DNA of 64,000 bases, from the IMG/VR virus record IMGVR_UViG_3300025387_000015, positions 12,555 through 76,554 of that record. One strand, written 5' to 3'. Positions 19,717 to 30,156 of the stretch are shown piece after piece. The notes under the pieces were generated by a model, which worked only from the letters and a program-made list of their open reading frames with translations, made no database searches and had not been told where the DNA came from. Position 1 is the first letter of the stretch. Every line of letters starts with the position of its first letter. The translations under genes and the position numbers were made by a program. This stretch comes from a virus (lineage: Duplodnaviria > Caudoviricetes).

Positions 19717-20934
19717 ATGGCTAATTTAGAAAACGAAACAGACTTCGAAGACGTTATTGATTCAACTGAAGAAGTCGTTGAAGAAGAGGTAGAGAACGTA
19801 GACGAAGCCGAAGAGGGATGGTCTGCTTCTAACAAAAAAGATAAAGCAAGAAGAGAAAAAGTAATGAAAGACACTAACGACGGTAAAGATCGTCCAGTAA
19901 AAGAAGAGACTATCGCTGCTGCTTCTCTTAAGACTCATGCATCAGCTGATAAGTCAAACGCTCCTGGTGATGATAAGGCTGTTACTTCTTCAAAAGTAGC
20001 CATGATGAAAAATATGACTCATATGATGGCCGGAATGGACAAAACTGATCTTCTTGATTTTTTCAATAAAACTATGGCACAATTTGGCCCAGGAAAAGAT
20101 TACGGCGTTGGTGACAATTCAGGCTCAAACCAATCATCAATCGATACTACTTTAGGTAAAGGTCCAAAAACAAAAGACGCTATGCCAAAACTAGACTCAA
20201 AGAATCATTGGGCAGAAGACGTTGAGGCTATGTTCTCAGGTCAAGATCTTTCCGAAGAGTTCAAAGAAAAAGTAGAAACAATTTTCGAAGCTGCTATCAG
20301 CGCTCATGTTATCACTGAGACAGTTCGCCTCGAAGAAGAATTTGAAGCAAAACTAGCAGAAGAAGTTGAAGTAATCAAAGAAGAACTTTCAGCTAAACTT
20401 GACACTTATCTCGATTATGTTGTTGAGAATTGGATGAAAGAGAATGAAGTTGCTGTTGAATCAACTCTTCGTAACGAAATTATGGAAGAATTCATTGACG
20501 GTCTAAAGGGTCTATTTGCTGAACATTATATTGATATCCCAGAAGACAAAGTTGATGTTCTTGCTGCTCTTGCTGAAAAAGTCGATGTTCTTGAAAAGAA
20601 ACTTGACGAAGAAATCACTAAGAATGTAGCACTTGAAGAAGCAATGATTGAAGAAGCCCGTAAGGACATCTTTGAAGAGATTTCTTCAGATCTTGCCTTA
20701 ACACAGCAGGAAAAATTTGCAGCTCTTGCCGAAGGTATCGAATTCACTGGTGATCTCGACACCTACACAAAGAAGCTAATGATCGTTAAAGAAAACTATT
20801 TCAAGGCTCCAACCGCTCCCTCTTCAAACATAACTGAAGAGACTTTTGAGGGTGATGTCACTGACAATGTTGTTTCTGTCGATCCAAGCGTAAATCGTTA
20901 CGTTCAAGCAATCGCAAGAACTGTAAAGAAGTAA
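19717..20934 (+). CDS. gp22: Prohead scaffold protein gp22
   Basis: LSEEFKEKVETIFEAA, YLDYVVENWM, GLKGLFAEHYI; acidic coiled coil before the capsid gene. Confidence 0.9.
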   Translation: MANLENETDFEDVIDSTEEVVEEEVENVDEAEEGWSASNKKDKARREKVMKDTNDGKDRPVKEETIAAASLKTHASADKSNAPGDDKAVTSSKVAMMKNMTHMMAGMDKTDLLDFFNKTMAQFGPGKDYGVGDNSGSNQSSIDTTLGKGPKTKDAMPKLDSKNHWAEDVEAMFSGQDLSEEFKEKVETIFEAAISAHVITETVRLEEEFEAKLAEEVEVIKEELSAKLDTYLDYVVENWMKENEVAVESTLRNEIMEEFIDGLKGLFAEHYIDIPEDKVDVLAALAEKVDVLEKKLDEEITKNVALEEAMIEEARKDIFEEISSDLALTQQEKFAALAEGIEFTGDLDTYTKKLMIVKENYFKAPTAPSSNITEETFEGDVTDNVVSVDPSVNRYVQAIARTVKK

Positions 20935-20937
20935 TTT

Positions 20938-20945
20938 TATAAATA
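20938..20945 (+). promoter_or_regulatory. T4-type late promoter TATAAATA
   Basis: Exact consensus upstream of gp23. Confidence 0.78.
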
Positions 20946-20977
20946 AATAATAAACCTTAGTAAAGAAAGGAAAATAA

Positions 20978-22384
20978 ATGTATCTAGCTGAGGAAATTCA
21001 AAACAAGTGGGCACCAGTGCTCGACCACGATGCTCTAGGTTCTATTAAGGATCAGCATCGCCGTTCAGTTACTGCAGTTATGCTCGAAAACACTGAGAAG
21101 GCTCTTCGTGAGTCAGCTGCTCATGGTAGCTACCAGACTCTAACTGAGACTTCTTCAACTCTTCCAGTCAACGCAATGGGTTCATCTTCATCTGCTGCTG
21201 GTACTGGCGGTATCGATACTTTCGATCCTGTTCTAATCAGCCTCGTTCGTCGTGCAATGCCTAACCTAATTGCTTATGACATCTGCGGCGTTCAGCCAAT
21301 GACTGGCCCAACTGGCCTTATCTTTGCTATGCGTTCACGTTATAACACTCAGGCTAACAGCACTGGCGGTTACGCTAACGGTGGTGTTGCTGATAACGAA
21401 ACATTCTATAACGAAGTTAATACTGCATTCACTGGTTCTGGTTCACTAACTGGCGCTAATGCTAATACTTTCGGTAACGGTTTCGTTGGAACTATCCCAG
21501 GTGCTACTAATACTACACCTCTAACTGCTACTAACACCTATAACACTGGTGCTGGTATGACAACTGCTCAGGGCGAAGCTCTTGGCGTTGACTCTGGTAA
21601 CACTTTCCCACAGATGGCTTTCTCAATCGAGAAGGTTACTGTAACTGCTCTAACTCGTGCTCTTAAAGCAGAATACACTATGGAACTTGCTCAAGATCTT
21701 AAAGCAATCCATGGTCTAGACGCTGAGACTGAACTTGCTAACATTCTTTCAGCTGAAGTTCTTGCTGAAATCAATCGTGAAGTAGTTCGTACTATCAACA
21801 TCACTGCTACTCCAGGTGCACAGCTTAACACTACTACTGCTGGTGTATTCGATCTAGACACTGATTCAAATGGCCGTTGGTCAGTTGAGAAGTTCAAAGG
21901 TCTTATGTTCCAGTTAGAGCGCGAAGCTAACCAAATCGCTAAGCAGACTCGTAGAGGCAAGGGTAACATCGTTATCTGTTCTTCAGATGTTGCATCTGCT
22001 TTACAGATGGCTGGTGTTCTTGATTACACTCCTGCTCTTAACTCAAACCGTCTAGAAGTTGATGATACTGGCAATACTTTTGCTGGTGTTCTCAATGGCC
22101 GTCTAAAAGTTTACATCGATCCTTATGCTGTCGGTGGTAACTATCTAACTGTCGGCTATAAAGGCTCTTCAGCTTTCGACGCTGGCTTGTTCTACTGCCC
22201 ATACGTTCCACTACAGATGGTTCGTGCAGTTGATCAAAGCACTTTCCAGCCAAAAATTGGCTTCAAGACTCGTTACGGCATGGTTGCAAATCCATTCGCC
22301 GAGGGTATTACTAAGGGCGCTGGACGTCTCCAGATCTCAACTAACGTCTACTATCGTAGAGTTATTGTTAACAACCTTATGTAA
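20978..22384 (+). CDS. gp23: Major capsid protein gp23
   Basis: LVRRAMPNLIAYDICGVQPMTGPTGLIFAMR, RALKAEYTMELAQDLKAIHGLDAE, FYCPYVPL. Confidence 0.98.
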   Translation: MYLAEEIQNKWAPVLDHDALGSIKDQHRRSVTAVMLENTEKALRESAAHGSYQTLTETSSTLPVNAMGSSSSAAGTGGIDTFDPVLISLVRRAMPNLIAYDICGVQPMTGPTGLIFAMRSRYNTQANSTGGYANGGVADNETFYNEVNTAFTGSGSLTGANANTFGNGFVGTIPGATNTTPLTATNTYNTGAGMTTAQGEALGVDSGNTFPQMAFSIEKVTVTALTRALKAEYTMELAQDLKAIHGLDAETELANILSAEVLAEINREVVRTINITATPGAQLNTTTAGVFDLDTDSNGRWSVEKFKGLMFQLEREANQIAKQTRRGKGNIVICSSDVASALQMAGVLDYTPALNSNRLEVDDTGNTFAGVLNGRLKVYIDPYAVGGNYLTVGYKGSSAFDAGLFYCPYVPLQMVRAVDQSTFQPKIGFKTRYGMVANPFAEGITKGAGRLQISTNVYYRRVIVNNLM

Positions 22385-22426
22385 GATTAACTAAGTAGAC
22401 CCCATAAACAAGGGGGCGAGAAACTT

Positions 22427-22452
22427 GGGGGGCAGCAATGCTCCCCTTTTTC
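22427..22452 (+). terminator. Rho-independent terminator after gp23
   Basis: GGGGGCA-GCAA-TGCTCCC stem with GNRA loop followed by a T run. Confidence 0.8.
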
Positions 22453-22455
22453 ATA

Positions 22456-22463
22456 TATAAATA
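22456..22463 (+). promoter_or_regulatory. T4-type late promoter TATAAATA
   Basis: Exact consensus upstream of gp3. Confidence 0.75.
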
Positions 22464-22479
22464 GTTTAAAGGAGCTAAT

Positions 22480-23001
22480 ATGACAGCGATTAATGATACA
22501 CCAACTAATCTGAATTATCTTAGTCCACTCAACTTCAAGTTTTTGATAAAGAAAGCTCCTAATGTTAACTTCTTCATTCAGAAAGTTAATATTCCAAAAC
22601 TAACATTAAAATCAGTAATAATCCCAAATCAATCCGTACCAGTTCCATATCCAGGAGATCACTTGGATTATGGAACATTGGATATTACGTTTAAAGTAGA
22701 TGAAAAACTTCAGAACTATCTAGAAATACATAATTGGATCAGATATCTAGGTAAATTAGATTATAATGAATATTATAATTTAGAGAAGAATCCAACATAT
22801 ACAGGTGATGGTATATATTCTGATATTAATTTATCTGTTTTATCTAACATCAAAACAATCAACTATGATGTTGTATTTATTGATGCATATCCAGTAGAAT
22901 TGTCAAGTGTCACATTTAATACGACTGATAATGATGTTAATTATCTAGAGGCTTCAGCTTCATTTAAATACACTTACTACAATATTGCACAAACAGTTTA
23001 A
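22480..23001 (+). CDS. gp3: Tail completion/tube terminator gp3
   Basis: NYLSPLNFKF..NFFIQKVNIP, FKVDEKLQNYLEIHNW. Confidence 0.82.
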   Translation: MTAINDTPTNLNYLSPLNFKFLIKKAPNVNFFIQKVNIPKLTLKSVIIPNQSVPVPYPGDHLDYGTLDITFKVDEKLQNYLEIHNWIRYLGKLDYNEYYNLEKNPTYTGDGIYSDINLSVLSNIKTINYDVVFIDAYPVELSSVTFNTTDNDVNYLEASASFKYTYYNIAQTV

Positions 23002-23024
23002 TATAGTTTTCCTTGACATAAATG

Positions 23025-23053
23025 ATTATACTTGGTTATTCTGAAATTGTCAA
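23025..23053 (-). promoter_or_regulatory. Perfect sigma70 promoter TTGACA-N17-TATAAT, pointing antisense into gp3/gp23
   Basis: + strand ATTATA (23025-30), 17 nt, TGTCAA (23048-53). Confidence 0.6.
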
Positions 23054-23063
23054 ATCTTTTTTA

Positions 23064-23092
23064 TTGACTTTTAGATATTTTTATAGTATAGT
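23064..23092 (+). promoter_or_regulatory. sigma70-like promoter TTGACT-N17-TATAGT for uvsY
   Basis: Near-consensus hexamers with 17-nt spacer. Confidence 0.6.
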
Positions 23093-23117
23093 ATGAAATA
23101 TAATTGAGGAGAATTGT

Positions 23118-23552
23118 ATGAATATTGAAGAGATCATGACTCTGTGGGAATCAGATACAAATATCGATAGAACCGAATTAGGGGATGAAGCTCTAAAGGT
23201 TCCCAAACTCCACAGCAAATATTATAATATTTTAATTAAAGAAAGATTACTGCTACGTAAACTCGAAGCAGAAATGAAACAACTAAAACTCGATAAGTAT
23301 GAATTTCTCACTCAAGGACCAAACGACGAAACAAAAGAGAAAGGGTGGAAACTACCACCAAGGGGAATGATACTTAAAGGCGATCTACCAATGTATATTG
23401 ATGCTGATAAAGATATGATTAATTTAAGTTTGAAAATTGGTATGCAACATGAGAAAATAGAATTCCTAGATTCAGTAATTAAGACTATTATTAACAGAGG
23501 CTATATAATAAAGAACGCTATTGATTGGCAAAGGTTTACGATGGGAGCATAA
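23118..23552 (+). CDS. uvsY: Recombination mediator UvsY
   Basis: PKLHSKYYNIL, RGYIIKNAIDWQRF; synteny with uvsW. Confidence 0.88.
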   Translation: MNIEEIMTLWESDTNIDRTELGDEALKVPKLHSKYYNILIKERLLLRKLEAEMKQLKLDKYEFLTQGPNDETKEKGWKLPPRGMILKGDLPMYIDADKDMINLSLKIGMQHEKIEFLDSVIKTIINRGYIIKNAIDWQRFTMGA

Positions 23553-25006
23553 TGGTAGATGTAGTTGAGATCGAGAAATTCGATGAGGTGTATATAAAGA
23601 TCAAAGCTGATCCTGGTGTTATGATGGAGTTGAGTGAGTATTTTACTTTCAATGTCCCTGGCGCTAAATTCATGCCAGCATATAGAAGTAAATTTTGGGA
23701 TGGTAAGATTAGACTTTTGAATGTTATGACTGGTTTATTATATGCTGGTCTTCTTAGATATGTTGAAGAATTCTGTAGATCAAGAGAATATATTATCGAA
23801 CATCTTTCTGATTTTAGTTCAGAAGAATTTTCTGTCAAAGAAGCGAACGAGTTTATCGCTAAATTGAAACCAACCATGCAGCCAAGAGATTATCAGATCG
23901 AGGCGTTTATGCATGCAGTTCGTGAAAGGAGAGCTTTATTATTATCGCCTACCGCATCTGGTAAATCATTCATCATCTATCTATTAACGAGGTATTATGC
24001 GAGTCGCACTCTTATTGTTGTTCCAACTACTTCTCTTGTTTCTCAGCTTGCCTCTGATTTTGCTGACTACGGGTTTGACTCTAATATGTGGGTACATCGT
24101 GTATTTTCTGGACAAGATAAAGTATCAGATAAGCCGATTACCATCACAACGTGGCAATCGGTTTACAAATTACCTAAGACGTATTTCTCAAATTTTGATG
24201 TAGTGATAGGAGATGAAGCACATCTTTTTAAAGCAAAATCGCTTGCTTCTATTATGTCTAAACTTGATAATTGTAAATATCGCTTTGGCTTTACCGGAAC
24301 TCTGGATGGAACTGAAACAAACCGCCTCGTTCTTGAAGGATTGTTTGGACCTGTTCGTAAAGTTATATCTACATCAGAATTGATTGAAAAGAAACATCTG
24401 GCGGAATTTAGTATTAAAGCATTAGTTCTCAGTTATCCTGATGAAGTTAGAAAATATGTTTCTTCTTTAAAATATCAAGATGAAATAGATTATATCGTCA
24501 GAATGCCAGAACGAAACAATTTTATTAAAAATTTAGCATTGTCTCTTGAAGGTAATACTCTTTTATTATTTCAATTCGTTGACAAACACGGAAAAGTATT
24601 ATATGATATTATTAAGAGAGAAGCTGGTGATAGGAAAGTGTTTTATGTTTCTGGTTCTGTAGATGGAGAAGAACGAGAAGAAATTAGAAGGATTGTGGAA
24701 AATGAATCAGATGCTATTATTGTCGCTAGTTATGGTACTTTTTCTACCGGCGTCAATATTAAGAATCTGCATAGTGTTATTTTTGCTAGCCCAAGCAAGT
24801 CTCGCATTCGGAATCTTCAGTCCATTGGCAGGGGGTTACGTAAGTCTGATACTAAAACTGCTGCTACCTTATACGACATAGCAGATGATTTAACTTGGAA
24901 GAACAGAAAGAACTTTACTATACTACATTTTATGGAACGAATTAAGATATATAATGAAGAGAAGTTCAAGTACAAACTCTATCAGGTAAAATTGAAAGTA
25001 ACATAA
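23552..25006 (+). CDS. uvsW: SF2 DNA helicase UvsW
   Basis: PRDYQ, SPTASGKS, GDEAH, LQSIGRGLR. Confidence 0.93.
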   Translation: MVDVVEIEKFDEVYIKIKADPGVMMELSEYFTFNVPGAKFMPAYRSKFWDGKIRLLNVMTGLLYAGLLRYVEEFCRSREYIIEHLSDFSSEEFSVKEANEFIAKLKPTMQPRDYQIEAFMHAVRERRALLLSPTASGKSFIIYLLTRYYASRTLIVVPTTSLVSQLASDFADYGFDSNMWVHRVFSGQDKVSDKPITITTWQSVYKLPKTYFSNFDVVIGDEAHLFKAKSLASIMSKLDNCKYRFGFTGTLDGTETNRLVLEGLFGPVRKVISTSELIEKKHLAEFSIKALVLSYPDEVRKYVSSLKYQDEIDYIVRMPERNNFIKNLALSLEGNTLLLFQFVDKHGKVLYDIIKREAGDRKVFYVSGSVDGEEREEIRRIVENESDAIIVASYGTFSTGVNIKNLHSVIFASPSKSRIRNLQSIGRGLRKSDTKTAATLYDIADDLTWKNRKNFTILHFMERIKIYNEEKFKYKLYQVKLKVT

Positions 25007-25645
25007 ATGGAGTATTTCATTGAGAACAAAACAACATTACAACTATTTCCTAGTTTAGTGTTTCAGGGTAAGATAAATGATGATAGTCTGTGTGATAGAT
25101 TAGAAGAATATCTTTTGTCTTTGTGGAAAAATAAAGAGGGAATATTTGCCGAAGAAGAGGGGTTTACTTCTCACGATAATCTAAATGATAAACCAGAATT
25201 AAAAGAGTTATCTGATATTGTTTTGAAAGAAAGTAATTTTATACTAAATTTCTTTAAAGTAAAAAGAGACTCGCATTTTATAACTTCAATGTGGGCGAAT
25301 ATTTCTAGAGGAAGAAATATGCATCTAAAGCATATTCATCCTAATTCTTTTTTAAGTGGAGTGTTTTATGTTAAAACTCCAAAAGATTGTGGTCAGTTAG
25401 TAATAACAGACCCAAGACCTGGAAGTGAAGTAATACAACCAGACTATCATGAACGTGATGTATATAATTGTGGAAAGTATCATATTATACCAGAAAAAGG
25501 TAATATACATTTTTGGCAGAGTTGGTTGCCTCATTGTGTAGAAAAAGCATATTCTAAATCAGAAGAGAACAGAATATGCATTGCCTTTAATATTATGATA
25601 AAAGGTAAAGCTGTGAACCCAACTCAGAGATATGATTTTAATTGA
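25007..25645 (+). CDS. Putative 2OG-Fe(II) oxygenase (TIGR02466-like)
   Basis: HIHPNSFLSGVFYV, DPRP, WLPHCV, RICIAFN. Confidence 0.75.
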   Translation: MEYFIENKTTLQLFPSLVFQGKINDDSLCDRLEEYLLSLWKNKEGIFAEEEGFTSHDNLNDKPELKELSDIVLKESNFILNFFKVKRDSHFITSMWANISRGRNMHLKHIHPNSFLSGVFYVKTPKDCGQLVITDPRPGSEVIQPDYHERDVYNCGKYHIIPEKGNIHFWQSWLPHCVEKAYSKSEENRICIAFNIMIKGKAVNPTQRYDFN

Positions 25646-25655
25646 GGCTAGAAAT

Positions 25656-26219
25656 ATGAGAAAGAAAAACAATTACATTAACAACAAAACACTTTATGGT
25701 TCTATGATTCATTACAAAAATGAAGTCAAAGAGGCAAAAGCAAACGACGAAGAAGCTCCAATTGTTCCAAAGTATATTGGGGAGTCTATCATTCTTATCT
25801 GTAGTAATCTAGCAAAGAAACCAAACTTTTCTGGATATACATATAAAATGGATATGATTTCAGATGCAATTATGGACTGTGTTGCAGCTGTGGATAATTT
25901 TGATCCGGAAAGAACAAATAATCCTTTTGCCTATTTTACACAAATTGCTTGGAATGCTTTTATTCGTAGAATACAAAAAGAGAAAAAACAAACCTATATA
26001 AAACATAAGAATTTTGAAAACAGTTTTATGATGAATGAACTCTGGTCAGATGCTGAGAATATACATCTTAAAGCAAACGAATACTCCTCCGAAATAGTAA
26101 GATCTTTTGAAGATAAAAATAACTTGCCTAAAACTAAAAAGTCAAGTAAAATGGTTGGAGTAGAAAAGTTCTCAGGAGAAGAAGAAAATGAAAAAGAATC
26201 TACATCTAGTGCCAATTAA
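25656..26219 (+). CDS. gp55: Late transcription sigma factor gp55
   Basis: YINNK, KPNFSGYTY, NPFAYFTQIAWNAFIRRIQKEK. Confidence 0.93.
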   Translation: MRKKNNYINNKTLYGSMIHYKNEVKEAKANDEEAPIVPKYIGESIILICSNLAKKPNFSGYTYKMDMISDAIMDCVAAVDNFDPERTNNPFAYFTQIAWNAFIRRIQKEKKQTYIKHKNFENSFMMNELWSDAENIHLKANEYSSEIVRSFEDKNNLPKTKKSSKMVGVEKFSGEEENEKESTSSAN

Positions 26220-26373
26220 TATTTCTGACATCGCAGAAAGACTGGACTCAAAAACCCTATCTGAGAACGAGAAAGTAAATCTTTTGTTGAGGTTAGAAGC
26301 AATTCGTGACTTTTCTGCATCTGTGGTCGCAAAACATTCTCGTGGCCCAATATTGGTGCAAAATAAGAAATGA
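26188..26373 (+). CDS. Hypothetical protein
   Basis: Short ORF coupled between gp55 and gp47. Confidence 0.5.
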   Translation: MKKNLHLVPINISDIAERLDSKTLSENEKVNLLLRLEAIRDFSASVVAKHSRGPILVQNKK

Positions 26374-27440
26374 AAATTGGCCTTTTAACAGACAGTCATG
26401 CAGGAGTAAGAAATGACTCTTTGGCATTTCATGATTATATGCAGAAATTTTATTCTAATGTTTTTTTCCCTTATCTTGCTGATAATGGAATACGCACTGT
26501 TGTGCATTGTGGGGACATTATTGACCGTCGTAAGTATATTAACATCAACACGGCGTATCGTTTACGAAAAGATCTCATCGAGCCAGCCTTAAATCAAGGC
26601 ATCGAATGGCATCAGATTATTGGTAATCATGATACGTATCATAAAAATACTAATAAAGTGAGTTCTTTTATTGAACTTTTTGGCTCATACGAGAACTATA
26701 CGACCCTAAATATATATGATGACACAACCGAAGTAATGTTCGGTGATACTAAAATTCTGTTAATTCCGTGGATATGCGATGAGAATAGAGAACATTCTTT
26801 TAATCTGATAAGGAATACAGATGCGCAAATTGCTTTCGGTCATTTGGAACTCGAAGGCTTCGAAATGTTTAAGGGATCCATCGTTTCACATGGCGACGAT
26901 CCAACTCTGTTTGGACGTTTTGATATTGTCTGTTCTGGGCATTACCATCATCGGTCAAACCGTGGTAATATTTATTATCTCGGTTCTCCTGCAGAGTATA
27001 CTTGGTCTGATTACAATGATCCTCGAGGGTTTCATATCTTTGACACAGAAACAAGAGAACTAACATTTATTGAAAACCCCTATAAGATGTTTAAGAAAGT
27101 TTGGTATAATGATGGGAGCGAAGAGTTCCTAGACAGCGAAATGGATTATGAGCAGTTTGCAGGTTGTATTGTTAAGGTAATCGTTCAGGAAAAGAATAAT
27201 CCTTTCTGGTTTGAAAAGTTTGTTGATAATATAGAGAAACAAAATCCAGTAGATATACAGATTGTTGAAGATCATTTAAATCTTGGTCTAGAAGAAGATC
27301 AGGATATTGTCAACGAAGCTGAATCAACTCTTGAAATATTCAACAAATATATTGATAATGTCGAAATTAAAGGTGTAGATAAAATAAAGTTACAAAAGAA
27401 AATAAGTGAATTGTATCATGAGGCATTGACACTAGAATGA
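26370..27440 (+). CDS. gp47: Recombination endonuclease subunit gp47 (Mre11/SbcD-like)
   Basis: DSH, GDIIDRRK, GNHD, GHYH metallophosphoesterase motifs. Confidence 0.93.
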   Translation: MKIGLLTDSHAGVRNDSLAFHDYMQKFYSNVFFPYLADNGIRTVVHCGDIIDRRKYININTAYRLRKDLIEPALNQGIEWHQIIGNHDTYHKNTNKVSSFIELFGSYENYTTLNIYDDTTEVMFGDTKILLIPWICDENREHSFNLIRNTDAQIAFGHLELEGFEMFKGSIVSHGDDPTLFGRFDIVCSGHYHHRSNRGNIYYLGSPAEYTWSDYNDPRGFHIFDTETRELTFIENPYKMFKKVWYNDGSEEFLDSEMDYEQFAGCIVKVIVQEKNNPFWFEKFVDNIEKQNPVDIQIVEDHLNLGLEEDQDIVNEAESTLEIFNKYIDNVEIKGVDKIKLQKKISELYHEALTLE

Positions 27441-29137
27441 TATATTTTAAAAAGATTAGATGGAAGAATTTACTTTCTACAGGTAATGTGTTTACTGAAA
27501 TAGACTTATGTGGTAAAGATACAACTCTTATAGTTGGTCAGAATGGAGCTGGTAAATCAACTCTTCTTGATGCTTTATCTTTTGGTTTATTTGGTAAACC
27601 ATTTCGTAAAATCAACAAACCACAACTCGTTAACTCAATCACAGAAAAAAACTGTGTGGTAGAAGTAGAGTTCTCTATTGGCACAAATCAATATAAAATT
27701 ATTCGTGGAATTAAACCTAACATATTTGAAGTTTATCAGAACGAAGACATGCTAAATCAGTCTGCCGATGTCAAAGATTATCAAGAAATATTAGAGAAAC
27801 ATATTCTGAAGGTAAATCACAAATCATTTAATCAAGTTGTTATTCTTGGATCAGCAACTTTTCAGCCATTTATGCAGTTACCGGGAGGTCATCGTAGAGA
27901 GATTATCGAGGATCTTCTTGATCTTCAAATTTTCACTACGATGAATTCTTTATTGAAAGATAAAATACTAAAGAACAATGACAGTATCAGTAATGTTGTT
28001 TCAGAAAAAAGATTAATTGAATCTAAAATTGAAATGACAAAAGAACATCTAAAAGAGATGCAATCTAATACTGATAAATTGATTGAGGAAAAACAATCTC
28101 AAATAAATGATACTGATAAACAAATAACAGAAATATATATTAAACATAACACTATAGTTGATGAAATAGATAAACTACAATTACAAGTAGAGGACAATGA
28201 AAGCATTTCAAAGAAGATCAATAAACTCTCGCAATTACGGCACCAAATCCATGCGAGAATGTCGCTCCTCAATGATGATGTTGAGTTCTTCAGCAAAAAC
28301 ACAAGCTGCCCGACCTGTAAACAAGAGATCGAAGAAGAATTTAAAAATAAGTCTATTACAGAAAAGCAAGATCAAATTAAAGAAATTGAAAATGGACTTG
28401 AAAAACTTTCTGAAGAATATGAGACAGCTAATGTTCGATTAAAAGAAATAATGGAGATTAATAGTAAAATTCAAAATCTTCAGATGGAGAAAATTGAATT
28501 AAATACTAATATGAATTCAATGTCTCGCTTTTGTAAAATATTAGAAAAAGAGATTCTGGAATTACGTAATAAAGAAACTAAAGATATTAAAATTGTAGAT
28601 TTCGAGAACGACCTTAAAGATATAGAGAATAAGTATATTGAGTTATCAGAAGAAAAAAATGTATTATCTATCGCTTCTAGTATGCTTAAAGATGGCGGCA
28701 TTAAATCTAAAATAATTAGACAATATATTCCTGTAATTAATAAGTTAATTAATAAGTATCTGTCTTCAATGGATTTCTTTGTTTCTTTTGAACTCAATGA
28801 AGAATTTGTTGAGAGCATTAAGTCTAGATACAGAGATGATTTTACTTATGCTTCTTTTTCTGAAGGAGAAAAACAAAAGATCGATCTAGCATTATTGTTT
28901 ACTTGGAGAGCAGTAGCAAAACTAAGAAACTCCATAAATACTAATCTATTGATCATGGATGAAGTGTTTGACTCTTCTCTCGATCAGAATGCCACTGACT
29001 ATCTTATGAATATTATTAGAGATATATCTAAAGATAGTAATATAATTATCATATCGCACAAAGAACACATGAACGAAAAGTTCACAAACGTATTAAAATT
29101 TGTTAAACATAAGAATTTCTCACAATTACAGGAGTAG
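27437..29137 (+). CDS. gp46: Recombination ATPase subunit gp46 (Rad50/SbcC-like)
   Basis: GQNGAGKST, CPTC zinc hook, FSEGEK signature, MDEVFD. Confidence 0.95.
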   Translation: MIYFKKIRWKNLLSTGNVFTEIDLCGKDTTLIVGQNGAGKSTLLDALSFGLFGKPFRKINKPQLVNSITEKNCVVEVEFSIGTNQYKIIRGIKPNIFEVYQNEDMLNQSADVKDYQEILEKHILKVNHKSFNQVVILGSATFQPFMQLPGGHRREIIEDLLDLQIFTTMNSLLKDKILKNNDSISNVVSEKRLIESKIEMTKEHLKEMQSNTDKLIEEKQSQINDTDKQITEIYIKHNTIVDEIDKLQLQVEDNESISKKINKLSQLRHQIHARMSLLNDDVEFFSKNTSCPTCKQEIEEEFKNKSITEKQDQIKEIENGLEKLSEEYETANVRLKEIMEINSKIQNLQMEKIELNTNMNSMSRFCKILEKEILELRNKETKDIKIVDFENDLKDIENKYIELSEEKNVLSIASSMLKDGGIKSKIIRQYIPVINKLINKYLSSMDFFVSFELNEEFVESIKSRYRDDFTYASFSEGEKQKIDLALLFTWRAVAKLRNSINTNLLIMDEVFDSSLDQNATDYLMNIIRDISKDSNIIIISHKEHMNEKFTNVLKFVKHKNFSQLQE

Positions 29138-29140
29138 AAA

Positions 29141-29677
29141 ATGTTTGGATGGTTGAAGAATTTATTTAATTTTGGTGATTTTCAATTCAATCCTGAACCA
29201 CTTGGATTGTATTCTGTTGATGTAATTGATCCAAATAAATTAAAAGGAAAAGATAGACCACTATATGTAAAACAAGTATTAATTGATCTTGGTTGGAAAG
29301 ACTTTCAGGCAGCTGCTATGTGTGGTCAGTTTATGCAAGAATCTTATACAGACCTTCGTTGTAATGTTTGGGGCGATAAACATACTGCGTATGGTATTGC
29401 CCAGTGGAGAGGCAATAGACTTGCTGACCTTGAAACATTCGCAAAGAATTTGAATAAAGAAATAGGTGATCTAGATACACAAGCACGTTTTGTTAACTGG
29501 GAGCTTACCAAAGGTTCGCAGAAAAATGTTGGTAATAAATTGAAGAAAACAAAAGATATTGACGAAGCTCTGTTAGTTGCTATTGGTTATGAACGACCAC
29601 GTGGTTATACTACAGCAAATCCTGAGAATGGTGACGGATTTGCTAATCGTTGCAAATATGCAAAGAGTTTAATGTAA
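29141..29677 (+). CDS. Phage tail-lysozyme-family muramidase
   Basis: AAAMCGQFMQES, AYGIAQWRGNR, GYERP. Confidence 0.78.
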   Translation: MFGWLKNLFNFGDFQFNPEPLGLYSVDVIDPNKLKGKDRPLYVKQVLIDLGWKDFQAAAMCGQFMQESYTDLRCNVWGDKHTAYGIAQWRGNRLADLETFAKNLNKEIGDLDTQARFVNWELTKGSQKNVGNKLKKTKDIDEALLVAIGYERPRGYTTANPENGDGFANRCKYAKSLM

Positions 29678-30156
29678 TGGAACTTGTAAAACAAGATAAT
29701 CCTATTTTAACAAAAGTTTGCGAGGATTTTGATTTTCAGAATCCTCCATTCGATCCTGTTGAGTTTGCTAAAGATATAATGGCTTTTCTTTATGAGAACA
29801 ATGGATTGGGACTGGCAGCAAATCAGATAGGAATTCCTTATCGTATATTTGCTATGAGAGGAGCACCAGAAAACTTTGTTTGTTTCAACCCAAAGACTGT
29901 GACAATATCAAACGATAAAGTTGTCTTAGAAGAAGGTTGTTTATCATATCCTGGTCTTTTAGTTAAAGTTAAAAGACCTTCTATGATCAGAACAAGATTC
30001 ACCACACCAAATGGCGATACTATTACAAGACAATTCATTGGTATGTCAGCAAGAGTCTATCAACACGAAATGGATCATCTAGATGGCATTAGGTTTTTTG
30101 ACAAAGCTAATAAGTTTCATAAAGATCAGGCGTTCAGAAAATGGAAAAGAAAATAA
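29677..30156 (+). CDS. def: Peptide deformylase
   Basis: GLGLAANQIG, EGCLSYPG, QHEMDHLDG. Confidence 0.95.
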   Translation: MELVKQDNPILTKVCEDFDFQNPPFDPVEFAKDIMAFLYENNGLGLAANQIGIPYRIFAMRGAPENFVCFNPKTVTISNDKVVLEEGCLSYPGLLVKVKRPSMIRTRFTTPNGDTITRQFIGMSARVYQHEMDHLDGIRFFDKANKFHKDQAFRKWKRK

